Shown here: positions 8,624-16,691 of the stretch, one piece after another | Position numbering within the stretch: position 1 is the first letter of the stretch | How the letters are laid out: each line of letters starts with the position of its first letter | Origin: Candidatus Methanoperedens sp. | GTDB lineage: Archaea > Halobacteriota > Methanosarcinia > Methanosarcinales > Methanoperedenaceae | Assembly: GCA_027460535.1 (NCBI GenBank) | Contig: JAPZAR010000014.1 | Location: forward strand, 94,795-126,794 | Direction of reading: 5' to 3' | Length of the DNA: 32,000 nt | Made by a program: the position numbers and the translations under genes | Notes under the pieces: model-generated | Told to the model about the DNA's origin: nothing | The model's input: the letters and a program-made list of their open reading frames with translations, nothing else | Database searches by the model: none

Positions 8624-8712
8624 AATGCTTCGTAATACATCTAAAAATCGATAAAGATTTCGATGTTAAAGGGTCTGATTTAAGTAGAGACTTTTTATTA
8701 TCTTCTGGTACG

Positions 8713-8784
8713 AAAAAAACCACAGAGCGCACAGAGGACACAGAGAATTATTACAACTCTGTGATCTCTGCGTTCTCTGTGGTT
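8713..8784 (-). repeat. Segmented hairpin built from three CACAGAG heptamers per arm, followed on the minus strand by T7; candidate terminator or insulator
   Basis: Plus strand: A7, then AACCACAGAG-CG-CACAGAG-GA-CACAGAG, an 11-nt loop, then CTCTGTG-AT-CTCTGCG-TT-CTCTGTGGTT. There is a perfect 10-bp outer clamp and two 7-bp modules (7/7 and 6/7) separated by 2x2 internal loops. Confidence 0.6.
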
Positions 8785-9124
8785 GATTATCCTTACTTGG
8801 ATCATTTATATGGGGAATTAAGAAATCTCAATTTTCAAGTAAATTTATCTCCGACTAGAAAAAATTAAAAAGATTCTTTGAGTAAAGGTTCTTCCTCACC
8901 GTTTGAGTCCTATTCCGCTTGACACCCTGAAGGGCATATCTTTCAGATGTCCTGTTTGTTATTTTTTCCTGTGTTTTGAAGCAGGAGGAACAGACCGCCG
9001 CTCTGGGAAAAGCAGTGTATCAGGATTCATGCCTAATACTTATATTTCGTTTGAGTCGTGGAATTTCCAGGCATCAAACTGCCATATAGAATACACTCAA
9101 TAATAGTTCTTCATAAGTCATCGG

Positions 9125-9541
9125 TTAAGAGAAAAAAATGGGATGGAACACGGATTCCACGGATAACACGGATTGGCACGGATGATAAAATATCCGTGGG
9201 TATCCGTCAAATCCGTGCCATCCGTGTTCTATTTCAACTAAGGATCGAGAATCATAACTATCTTTCGTATTTCGAAAAACGATACGCATTAAATCAATCA
9301 AACTCCTTAACCAATGACCAATGAATAGTTCTTGTCTTGCAACGTTTGAATGAATTTCCTTGACTCTTCCAACTTGACCGTTTTTTAGTTCAACCTTTAT
9401 TCCATGTGGATGATATGAAGCATTAGTTAAAATTCTCTTTACAATACCCTGAGTTATTTTACCGCTCCTCTGATCTTGCTTTAAAACGATTCCTACACTT
9501 AATCCTTCTTTAATATTCTCTCTGGAATTGCCTTCATTCAT
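9125..9541 (-). CDS. YwbE/DUF2196-family small protein with an unusual ~78-aa C-terminal extension
   Basis: The core NIKEGLSVGIVLKQDQRSGKITQGIVKRILTNASYHPHGIKVELKNGQVGRVKEI matches the YwbE family, which I recall as normally about 65 aa. The ORF has no stop until 9125 and reads through the heptamer hairpin. The start is taken at the second ATG (9541). Confidence 0.7.
   Translation of the reverse strand: MNEGNSRENIKEGLSVGIVLKQDQRSGKITQGIVKRILTNASYHPHGIKVELKNGQVGRVKEIHSNVARQELFIGHWLRSLIDLMRIVFRNTKDSYDSRSLVEIEHGWHGFDGYPRIFYHPCQSVLSVESVFHPIFFS
9132..9229 (-). repeat. Segmented hairpin built from four CACGGAT heptamers per arm, with T7 a few nt downstream on the minus strand; same architecture as 8713-8784
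   Basis: Plus strand: A7 (9132-9138), 7 nt, then GAACACGGAT-TC-CACGGAT-AA-CACGGAT-TGG-CACGGAT, an 8-nt loop, then ATCCGTG-GGT-ATCCGTC-AA-ATCCGTG-CC-ATCCGTGTTC. There is a perfect 10-bp outer clamp and three inner 7-bp modules (7/7, 6/7, 7/7). Confidence 0.6.
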
Positions 9542-9881
9542 AATATGAGTTAAATTCATAATTATATAAACATATACATTCTCAAGAAAATTAACTGAAG
9601 AATGTTTGAAGAAGGTTTCCCCGGATTTGTATACTTAAATGCATGAGAATCAGGTATTGATCTCACACCCATGGCTGAAAGACCTGGAACCTCAGTCCCA
9701 TTCTACGATCACTTTGCTTTTTACAGTAATCTTATTTCCGGAGCATCAGCACCGATCCTTTAAGCCAATGCTTAAAATGAAAAGGATTGACATAAGATCT
9801 TTAAAGCAGACATATGCGAGATAAATTTAAATCGAATGAGAACCAATCATAATTTAGGCAGGGAAAAATTTGGAGGTTAGT

Positions 9882-10352
9882 ATGAAAACAAAAGCAATTC
9901 CGGAAGGTTTTCATTCGCTCACACCTGATCTGGTTGTGCGCGATGCGGCGGAGGCAATTGAATTTTACAAACGGGTATTTGGTGCAAAGAAACGGCGGGT
10001 CTTTCACGGGCCTGATGGAAGCATCGTACATGCGGAGATTCAGATCGGTGACTCGATATTATTTCTGTCTCCTGAATTCCCGGAACACAAAGTCTTCTCA
10101 CCCCAATCACCAGAGGGCGGCACAAGTACCAGCATGTTCTTTTATGTTGAGGATGTCGATGCTGTCTTTGCAAAGGCTGTTTCCGCAGGCGCCACTGTAA
10201 CCATGCCCCTCGCGGATGCGTTCTGGGGCGACCGCGCCGGCGGTATTGTTGACCCATTCGGTCATCGATGGATGCTGGCTATGCATATAAAGGATATTTC
10301 TGATAAGGAGCTAGAAAAGGCTGCGAAGGCTATGTTTGCCAAGAAGCCTTAG
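9882..10352 (+). CDS. VOC-family (glyoxalase/bleomycin-resistance, PhnB-like) protein
   Basis: Pattern IPEGFHSLTPDLVVRDAAEAIEFYKRVFGA...HAEIQIGDSILFL...DPFGHRWML. ATG at 9882 with GGAGGT upstream; the track's TTG at 9870 is rejected. Confidence 0.8.
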   Translation: MKTKAIPEGFHSLTPDLVVRDAAEAIEFYKRVFGAKKRRVFHGPDGSIVHAEIQIGDSILFLSPEFPEHKVFSPQSPEGGTSTSMFFYVEDVDAVFAKAVSAGATVTMPLADAFWGDRAGGIVDPFGHRWMLAMHIKDISDKELEKAAKAMFAKKP

Positions 10353-10415
10353 TTCTTCTTTCAAGAAGATTCATCAAAGTAGTTTCCTATGCGTAAATTA
10401 AAAGGAGATAAAACC

Positions 10416-10862
10416 ATGCGATTCATGATGTTCATGATCCCTAAAATCTACCAACCTGATACGCCGCCCGGAGAGAGAGCTGGGGAAGGATTCGCCCCGC
10501 CCGCTGAGTCCGTTGCCAAGATGATGAAGTTCAACGAAGACCTGGCGAAGGTAGGTGCGCTGATCTCACTCGATGGATTTCATCCAATCTCGAAGGGCGC
10601 CCGTGTCGCTTTTTCCAGCGGGAAGCCCAAAGTTACCGATGGGCCCCTCATCGAAGCCAAGGAAGTAATCGGCGGCTACTGGATGATTGACGTGAAGTCG
10701 AAGGAAGAGGCGGTCGAATGGGCGAAGCGAGTCCCTGCACAAGATGGCGACGTGATCGAGATTCGCCAAGTGTTCGAGGCGTCAGACTTCCCACCTGATG
10801 TCCAGAAAGCTGCAGATAATCCGAGGGTGAAAGCACAGGTGGAGAAGAAGAGGAGCAAGTAA
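10416..10862 (+). CDS. YciI-family (DGPF domain) protein
   Basis: Pattern MRFMMFM...KMMKFNEDLAKVGALISLDGFHP...DGPLIEAKEVIGGYWMIDVKSKEEAVEWAKRVP. ATG at 10416 with AGGAG upstream. Confidence 0.8.
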   Translation: MRFMMFMIPKIYQPDTPPGERAGEGFAPPAESVAKMMKFNEDLAKVGALISLDGFHPISKGARVAFSSGKPKVTDGPLIEAKEVIGGYWMIDVKSKEEAVEWAKRVPAQDGDVIEIRQVFEASDFPPDVQKAADNPRVKAQVEKKRSK

Positions 10863-11100
10863 ATCCGAACCATAGTTGATAGGCATGGAAAAAGGTTTTG
10901 TTGCCAGAGCATCGAACTTTCGGACGATGAATAATAAATACTTTATATTTATAATGTCCTAAAGAAAACAAGATCGATATCTAAAGCGAAAACTTTTAAA
11001 ATTCGATGTGGGAACTGCTTGAGGGTTATGATATTCAATTTTTCAGATTCAAGAACAACATTAAAGTTTTACGCTCATCTTCTCCATAATATTTTGACAA

Positions 11101-11355
11101 TCAGACATGTTTTTGCTTTTCTTCAATAATTTCTATTAACTGAAGCACTATCTCGTTTTGATGCCTTACGAGTTCCGCTTTTAGAATATCTTTCAGTTCC
11201 GGATTGCATTTCAGGAAAACCAGAACACCTGTCAATGTATGGAACCACGATTCATAGACTTCTATATATTCCTTTGGACTGAAAACTATTATTTGGGATT
11301 CCAATAAAGGTTGATAGAAGTTATATTCATCAAATTTTGATTCGGATACAGTCAT
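11101..11355 (-). CDS. Hypothetical small helical protein
   Basis: 84-aa ORF from ATG 11355 (the track lists a GTG at 11367). No motif recognised. Confidence 0.4.
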   Translation of the reverse strand: MTVSESKFDEYNFYQPLLESQIIVFSPKEYIEVYESWFHTLTGVLVFLKCNPELKDILKAELVRHQNEIVLQLIEIIEEKQKHV

Positions 11356-11522
11356 TTGAACACCCACTCATCAATACATTAAACATCATACTCATTTAAA
11401 AAATTATCCATGATAATGAAGCCATCATGCGGGTAATTCATGAATAAAGTATAGATGAATCTTTTTTTGTTGAACAAAAGAAATATTCTTATAAAATCAA
11501 AGGAAAAAATTTCGGAAGCAAC

Positions 11523-12308
11523 TTATTCCCGTGCCGCCCGTATCCCTTCTTTCAATTCCCTCGCCAGCGCCTCAAGCCTCCCGGATGCATCTTTTCCGCT
11601 CGCGATAATATCCACGAACGCAGAGCCTACGATAACCCCATCCGCCCCGGCCCGGATTAACTCGGAAGCCTGCCTGCCATTTGAGATCCCAAATCCTACT
11701 GCTTTGGGCGTTTTGGTCTTCACTCTCTTGATCAATTCTTTTGTAGCACTGGCTATATCGCTCCGTGCCCCCGTAACGCCCAGGCGCGCCACAAGATACA
11801 GGAAACCCGTGCCCTGCGCCAGGATTCTCTTCATCCTTGATTCCGTAGTCGTGGGAGCAACAAGGAAGATCAGGTCGATGTCGCACTGCCTGCAAAAAGC
11901 CGCAAGCTCCCCCGATTCCTCTACCGGCAGGTCGGGGACTATGATCCCCGAAATACCCGAGGCTCCGCAGTCTTTTACGAATTTTTCAAGACCTCTTTTG
12001 AATATGAGATTGTAATAGGTCATCACCACAAGAGGGATATGGACCTTAAGAGACCCGACTGTCCTGAAATAAATATCTGGGTTCATCCCGCCGTTCAGCG
12101 CGCGCTCGATCCCAGCCTGGATGGTAGGACCGTCCGCTACCGGGTCTGAGAATGGAAGCCCCAGTTCTATGATATCAGCGCCGCCTCTCACAAGTGCGGT
12201 CACGTACTCTTTTGTGGCAACAGGTGTGGGGTCGCCGGCACAGATATAGGCTATGAGAGCCCCTTCCTTTCTTGCTTCCAGTTCCCTGAATTTTTCACTT
12301 ATCTTCAT
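11523..12308 (-). CDS. trpA: Tryptophan synthase alpha chain
   Basis: Motifs ALIAYICAGDP, ADIIELGLPFSDPVADGPTIQ and GFGIS are canonical TrpA. The start overlaps the trpB stop by 1 nt (TAATG). Confidence 0.95.
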   Translation of the reverse strand: MKISEKFRELEARKEGALIAYICAGDPTPVATKEYVTALVRGGADIIELGLPFSDPVADGPTIQAGIERALNGGMNPDIYFRTVGSLKVHIPLVVMTYYNLIFKRGLEKFVKDCGASGISGIIVPDLPVEESGELAAFCRQCDIDLIFLVAPTTTESRMKRILAQGTGFLYLVARLGVTGARSDIASATKELIKRVKTKTPKAVGFGISNGRQASELIRAGADGVIVGSAFVDIIASGKDASGRLEALARELKEGIRAARE

Positions 12309-13492
12309 TATTTCACGCCCATCACCGTTTCAAGGTCCTTGTCGCCCCTTCCCGAAATGTTAATTACCACAATATCTCCCAGCTCTCCCGAAGCCGCCGC
12401 CTTCTTGACATAAGCCACTGCGTGCGAGGACTCAAGCGCCGGAATAATGCCCTCAAGCCTGCACAGGTCATGAAAGGCGTCCAGCGCTTCGCTGTCCATT
12501 GAATTCCTGGGCTTTATCCTGCCGATATCTGCAAGGTAGGCAAGTTCCGGCCCTACGCCCGCATAATCAAGGCCAGCGGCTATCGAGCTCGATTCAAGTA
12601 TCTGTCCATACTTGTTCTGAAGCACTTTTGTATGAGCGCCGTGAAGCACGCCTTCCTCGCCGGCGCAAAGGGTCGCTGAATGCAATGCTTCCTTATCCGT
12701 AGTTTTCATGCCGCTGCCGCCTGCCTCCACGGCGAAAAGGTCTACGTCATCGTCTATAAAAGGATGGAAAATTCCCATCGCGTTGCTCCCCCCGCCTGTG
12801 CAGGCCACTATGGAATCCGGGAACCTTCCTTCCTTTTCCATTATCTGCGTTCGCGTCTCTTTTCCTATGACGCTCTGGAAATCCCTCACCATCGTCGGAT
12901 AAGGGTGCGGCCCGACCACGGAGCCTATCATGTAATGCGTTGTCTCCACATTGGCAACCCAGTCGCGCATGGCTTCGTTGATCGCATCTTTCAGCGTTTG
13001 CGAGCCGCTTCTTACATGTATGACCTTCGTGCCCATCAGTTCCATCCTGTAAACGTTCATACGCTGCCGTACCGTGTCCTTGGCGCCCATGTAAACCTCG
13101 GTGGCGATGCCAAAAGCCGCGCCAGCCATTGCGCATGCGGTACCATGCTGCCCGGCGCCGGTTTCGGCGATTATCCGTTTCTTACCCATGTATCTTGTAA
13201 GGAGCGCCTGCCCGAGCGTATTGTTCAATTTATGGGCGCCTCCGTGAACCAGGTCTTCGCGCTTCAAATATATCTTGACACCATATTCGCTGCTCATTCT
13301 TTTTGCGTGATATAAAGGCGAAGGGCGTCCTGCAAAATCCCTGAGATAATAATCCAGCTCCTCTTTGAAAACAGGGTCGTCTTTGTATCTTTCATACTGT
13401 TCCGTGAGCTCTTCAAGGGCCGGCATCAATACTTCAGGCACGAACTGCCCTCCGTACTTACCGAATTTGGTAGATTTAAGTTCCTGTTTCAT
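12308..13492 (-). CDS. trpB: Tryptophan synthase beta chain
   Basis: Motifs [26 protein letters not shown] (PLP lysine), ETGAGQHG and GGGSNAMG. Confidence 0.95.
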   Translation of the reverse strand: MKQELKSTKFGKYGGQFVPEVLMPALEELTEQYERYKDDPVFKEELDYYLRDFAGRPSPLYHAKRMSSEYGVKIYLKREDLVHGGAHKLNNTLGQALLTRYMGKKRIIAETGAGQHGTACAMAGAAFGIATEVYMGAKDTVRQRMNVYRMELMGTKVIHVRSGSQTLKDAINEAMRDWVANVETTHYMIGSVVGPHPYPTMVRDFQSVIGKETRTQIMEKEGRFPDSIVACTGGGSNAMGIFHPFIDDDVDLFAVEAGGSGMKTTDKEALHSATLCAGEEGVLHGAHTKVLQNKYGQILESSSIAAGLDYAGVGPELAYLADIGRIKPRNSMDSEALDAFHDLCRLEGIIPALESSHAVAYVKKAAASGELGDIVVINISGRGDKDLETVMGVK

Positions 13493-13499
13493 ATATATC

Positions 13500-14258
13500 C
13501 TATCTTTTCAAAGCATGTACTAACTCGTATGTTTTATCGTAAATATTTCCCTGCATAATAGATGTTCCGACCAGGATCGCATCTGCCCCCGCGTTTATCA
13601 TACGGACGGCATCCTCTGGCGCTGAGATCCCGCTTTCGCTGATGATTATTCTATCGCTGATAAGCGGTGCCAGAGCTTCAGTGGTGGTGATGTCAACTTT
13701 CAGTGTATCGAGGTCCCGATTGTTGATACCAATGATATTTGTATCTGTAGAAAGGGCGCTATCAAGCTCCTTTTTGTTATGTACCTCTACAAGCGGCTCA
13801 AGGCCGCAGGATATGGAATCCTCCACAAAATCGTTAAGTCTCTCTCCGAGAATACCCGCTATCAGGAGTATCAGATCGCTCTCCGATTCATATATCTGCC
13901 TTTTATCTATAATGAAATCCTTTCGCAGAACGGGAAGCTTTACAGCTTCACGGACAGCTTTCAGGTTTTCCAGGCTGCCTTTGAAAAATTGAGGTTCCGT
14001 AAGCACTGATATTGCCGCAGCCCCTGCTTTTTCCATCTGTACAGCGATATCTGCTGCATCCGCAGGTGTCACTGCCCTTATGAACCGTGTCGGTGAGGAG
14101 GGCTTGACCTCCGTTATCACTGGAACAAGGTTATTCTTTTTTCTGATTTTTAAAATGTCCTGGAAACTTCGAGTTTTCTCATTCCTTTTTTTATCAGTTC
14201 CGTCTGGCGGGATTCTCTTTGCAGTATATGCCAATATCTCGTTAATTTTTGGATGCAT
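13500..14258 (-). CDS. trpC: Indole-3-glycerol-phosphate synthase
   Basis: Motifs [26 protein letters not shown] and IGINNRDL. It ends 7 nt upstream of the trpB start (8-nt gap). Confidence 0.9.
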   Translation of the reverse strand: MHPKINEILAYTAKRIPPDGTDKKRNEKTRSFQDILKIRKKNNLVPVITEVKPSSPTRFIRAVTPADAADIAVQMEKAGAAAISVLTEPQFFKGSLENLKAVREAVKLPVLRKDFIIDKRQIYESESDLILLIAGILGERLNDFVEDSISCGLEPLVEVHNKKELDSALSTDTNIIGINNRDLDTLKVDITTTEALAPLISDRIIISESGISAPEDAVRMINAGADAILVGTSIMQGNIYDKTYELVHALKR

Positions 14259-14271
14259 AACTTTCGTGGAT

Positions 14272-14297
14272 TGTACAATTTAGTACATTGATGTACA
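14272..14297 (-). promoter_or_regulatory. Three TRP-box-like hexamers (TGTACA, AGTACA, TGTACA) phased at 10 bp between a TATA-like element and the trpC start codon
   Basis: TGTACA at 14272-14277, AGTACA at 14282-14287, TGTACA at 14292-14297. A TATA-like TTAAATAA on the minus strand lies at 14310-14317, and the trpC ATG at 14256-14258. Confidence 0.5.
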
Positions 14298-14566
14298 ATT
14301 ATGTTCATCTTATTTAAGGATTATGGATAATTCCTTTCCATTATTTTTTTATCACATATCCCTCCATGCATATAGAATATTACACCGCTCAGGGGCAAGA
14401 ATGATGCAACTCATGGAGCAATTCTGCATCTTTGAGGTTCTGAATCCATACCGTAGCACGATACTGTAAACGTGCCTACTACAGTCATTGTGCAGGATTC
14501 TCCGCACTTGTCAACACTAGGTTCGCCGTAGTAATAACCCGCCAATTCTATCGACAGCAAAAGACA

Positions 14567-15353
14567 TCATCTCAAGAATTCAAGCTCATTTCTTAACTCG
14601 TCTATAATCCTATCAAAGTCCGGGATTTCGTTCATCAGCCTTGTCAATCCGGTTTACCAGAAATCCCTTGCTTCGTTAAGCTTTGTTTTCTCAAAAAAAT
14701 AATTCATACCCCGGCTCAACGTTTTTATCCGTGCACTTCTTTATGAAGATCTCCTTTATTTTCTTTTTATCAAACGCTTCATTTTTCATTAGCATCCAGA
14801 CATCGAAATAATCCCTGCTTTTGCCTCTCTGAATTATCGAACGCAGCTTTTCCGCAAATATTTCGTCCAGCGAGTAAACAAGAATATCGAATTTCCCAAT
14901 ATCTGCGTAATCGTCATCTATTTCTTTTCTCAGGGGCTCTAAAGTGAGAATTTCATTCAGGCTTATATCCACGCGGACGCTGTTCTTGCCAAGAGGGCCG
15001 GTGAACTGCACCGTTCCTATATTGTGCCCCGGGGTCGAATGAAATTCTGCAAGATGAAATTCCATTCCGCTCTTTTCATTAAGCGCTTCAAAACAATCCA
15101 CCAGCATCGATTTTATTCTTGAATCCTGAATTCCCTCAATAACGGTAAAATCCAGGTCCTCAGAGAGCCTCCACGTTTTCGGGAAATATATTTTGCTCAA
15201 AGCAGTTCCGCCCTTGAATACAAGAACATCTTTCAAATCAGAAAAATATATGCCGTAAAGCAGCCAGCTCAAAGCATAGTCTTTTTCTATTACACCTGCC
15301 GGAAACTTTTTTTCCCGTGCTATTTTCCGTATCTTTTCTGCGGCTATCAGAAT
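14567..15353 (-). pseudogene. AbiEii/DUF1814 nucleotidyltransferase toxin (type IV TA), apparently decayed
   Basis: Core motifs are LVFKGGTALSKIY and SEDLDF. The conserved N-terminal IEKDYALSWLL lies upstream of the only canonical start (TTG 15272), and no ATG, GTG or TTG occurs up to the in-frame stop at 15354-15356. There is a premature TGA at 14691-14693. The family-like C-terminus KLNEARDFW*TGLTRLMNEIPDFDRIIDELRNELEFLR continues in the +1 frame with an internal TAA. Confidence 0.7.
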
Positions 15354-16171
15354 TCATCACCGATTTTTCGATTTACCAGCAATCTCCATTTTTCATTGTA
15401 TTTTCCCGTTCTCGTCTTTACAGAAGGATCCAGAACCGAATATCCTTTTGAAATATTTTTTAGCATTCTTTTCCTTAATCCTTCACCCAAATCCAGTTTC
15501 AAGATTTCAGATAAATACCCCAGCCTTTTAAGGATTGTTGCATTGCCCATCTTGATCGCATAATCAACTATTTTTTTATAAGACAAATCTATGCTTCTTA
15601 AGGCTTTTGTCGCTTCGGTTATATCGCCGCAGTACTCCGGACGGTCAAGGCAATCCGCAATTGTTTTTTCCCTGTCTGAAATATTAACGCTTTTCCCGGC
15701 GATGCTTGACGTGGTAAACCCAAAGAATTTATTCTTCGATAGAGTCACAAAGATATACTTCACGCCCAGAATCTCTTTATTGCTCTTTCTTTTTGTGGTT
15801 GCAATAAAAACCGAAAATGGAATTTGCTCTGTCATGTGATGATAATTCAGGGCGCTCCAATACGAGACATAATAAGGCTCGACCAGCTTTGAGCCGATTA
15901 TAAACTCATGTTCTGTATATTTCGGCTTAACGCCCGCAGACAGGGGTATGATGAGATATTTACCTGCTTCTATCTTCTCAATCCATCGTTTCGCTTTAAG
16001 GTTGCTTATTATTTTACGGGATGCTGCATAAGATTTATTAAGAACTTTTGACACATCATTCACAGTAAATATTTCCGTTTCCTCTTCGGATAAGTTTGAA
16101 AGTAAATAGGACTCTGTTTTTGAAAGGCTCTTTCTATTATTGTTTGTAAGAATAGTGTCTGATTTAGGCAT
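15347..16171 (-). CDS. AbiEi-family antitoxin / winged-helix transcriptional regulator (type IV TA)
   Basis: 274 aa. The N-terminal wHTH-like FTVNDVSKVLNKSYAASRKIISNLKAKRWIEKIEAGKYLIIP is followed by a C-terminal domain typical of archaeal AbiEi/COG5340. It abuts and overlaps the toxin reading frame. Confidence 0.8.
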   Translation of the reverse strand: MPKSDTILTNNNRKSLSKTESYLLSNLSEEETEIFTVNDVSKVLNKSYAASRKIISNLKAKRWIEKIEAGKYLIIPLSAGVKPKYTEHEFIIGSKLVEPYYVSYWSALNYHHMTEQIPFSVFIATTKRKSNKEILGVKYIFVTLSKNKFFGFTTSSIAGKSVNISDREKTIADCLDRPEYCGDITEATKALRSIDLSYKKIVDYAIKMGNATILKRLGYLSEILKLDLGEGLRKRMLKNISKGYSVLDPSVKTRTGKYNEKWRLLVNRKIGDEF

Positions 16172-16487
16172 ATATATTACAATGAATGTAGGTATTTATA
16201 AAGATGATTCTATTTAAACGCTCAGGGCCAGGAGTATCTATGCGCTTCCTCTCCAGCAGACTTCGCTTGAAGAGCATGCCACCTGTTTTTTCATGCAGGA
16301 CTGCGCCAGAGGGTTTGAGCTTGCACAGTAAACGCCAATATTATGTTATTACTTATACATATTGAATTACTTTTAATATTCAAAGGATCGCCCTTACTGT
16401 ATCTATGAGCTTACTTTCGATTTTTACGAACTGATGTTTTTGTCGCTGGTGTTAAAAAGTGATCGTGACAATTCGTTTTGGTAGTTA

Positions 16488-16587
16488 TCGCCCAGCCACA
16501 CCGACACCGGGCGCACCGTCCCCGGAGGGATTCGGCAGAGCTGAACCTTTGGCGGCGCGCCGGGTGGAGGGCGCCCCGCTCCCCGTC
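16488..16587. other. Isolated ~100-nt strongly GC-rich patch in an AT-rich intergenic region; candidate structured RNA or foreign gene remnant
   Basis: CGCCCAGCCACACCGACACCGGGCGCACCGTCCCCGGAGGGATTCGGCAGAGCTGAACCTTTGGCGGCGCGCCGGGTGGAGGGCGCCCCGCTCCCCGTC contrasts sharply with its flanks. CACCGGGCGC and GCGCCGGGTG can pair at 9 of 10 positions. There is a small TCCC-CGGA-GGGA hairpin. Confidence 0.3.
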
Positions 16588-16691
16588 TTGGATCATATAC
16601 AATAATTGACCGTCAATATGGGGGGATGGATTTATATTGGAAAGACTTAAGAATATATAAGAGTGAATCATGCAGAAAGCCTTGGAGAAAA

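Noticed and set aside
11455-13315. Long plus-strand ORFs (11455-12015 at 186 aa, 12680-13315 at 211 aa, and others) that overlap trpA and trpB
   Set aside because: They are antisense shadows of confidently identified GC-rich genes, with low-complexity Arg/Ser/Pro-rich products. The same applies to 8105-8596 (antisense to the flavodoxin gene), 18889-19305 (antisense to wrbA), 24486-24977 (antisense to the oxidoreductase alpha gene) and 644-1148 (antisense to the KAP gene).
5330-14258. Co-location of tRNA-Trp and the trpCBA operon as a possible regulatory link
   Set aside because: They are about 6 kb apart and separated by at least ten unrelated genes on both strands. No T-box-like or leader structure was seen, so the co-location is most likely coincidence.
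14380-14470. Short ORFs upstream of trpC, considered as a Trp-rich attenuation leader peptide
   Set aside because: The candidates (for example MSCIILAPERCNILYAWRDM) contain at most one Trp codon, lie upstream of the putative TATA box, and have no alternative hairpins. Attenuation of this bacterial type is not expected in archaea.
16411-16671. 86-aa minus-strand ORF across the GC-rich patch
   Set aside because: The product is Arg/Cys-rich and has no Shine-Dalgarno sequence. Its openness is best explained by local GC richness. It is kept only as context for the GC-patch finding.
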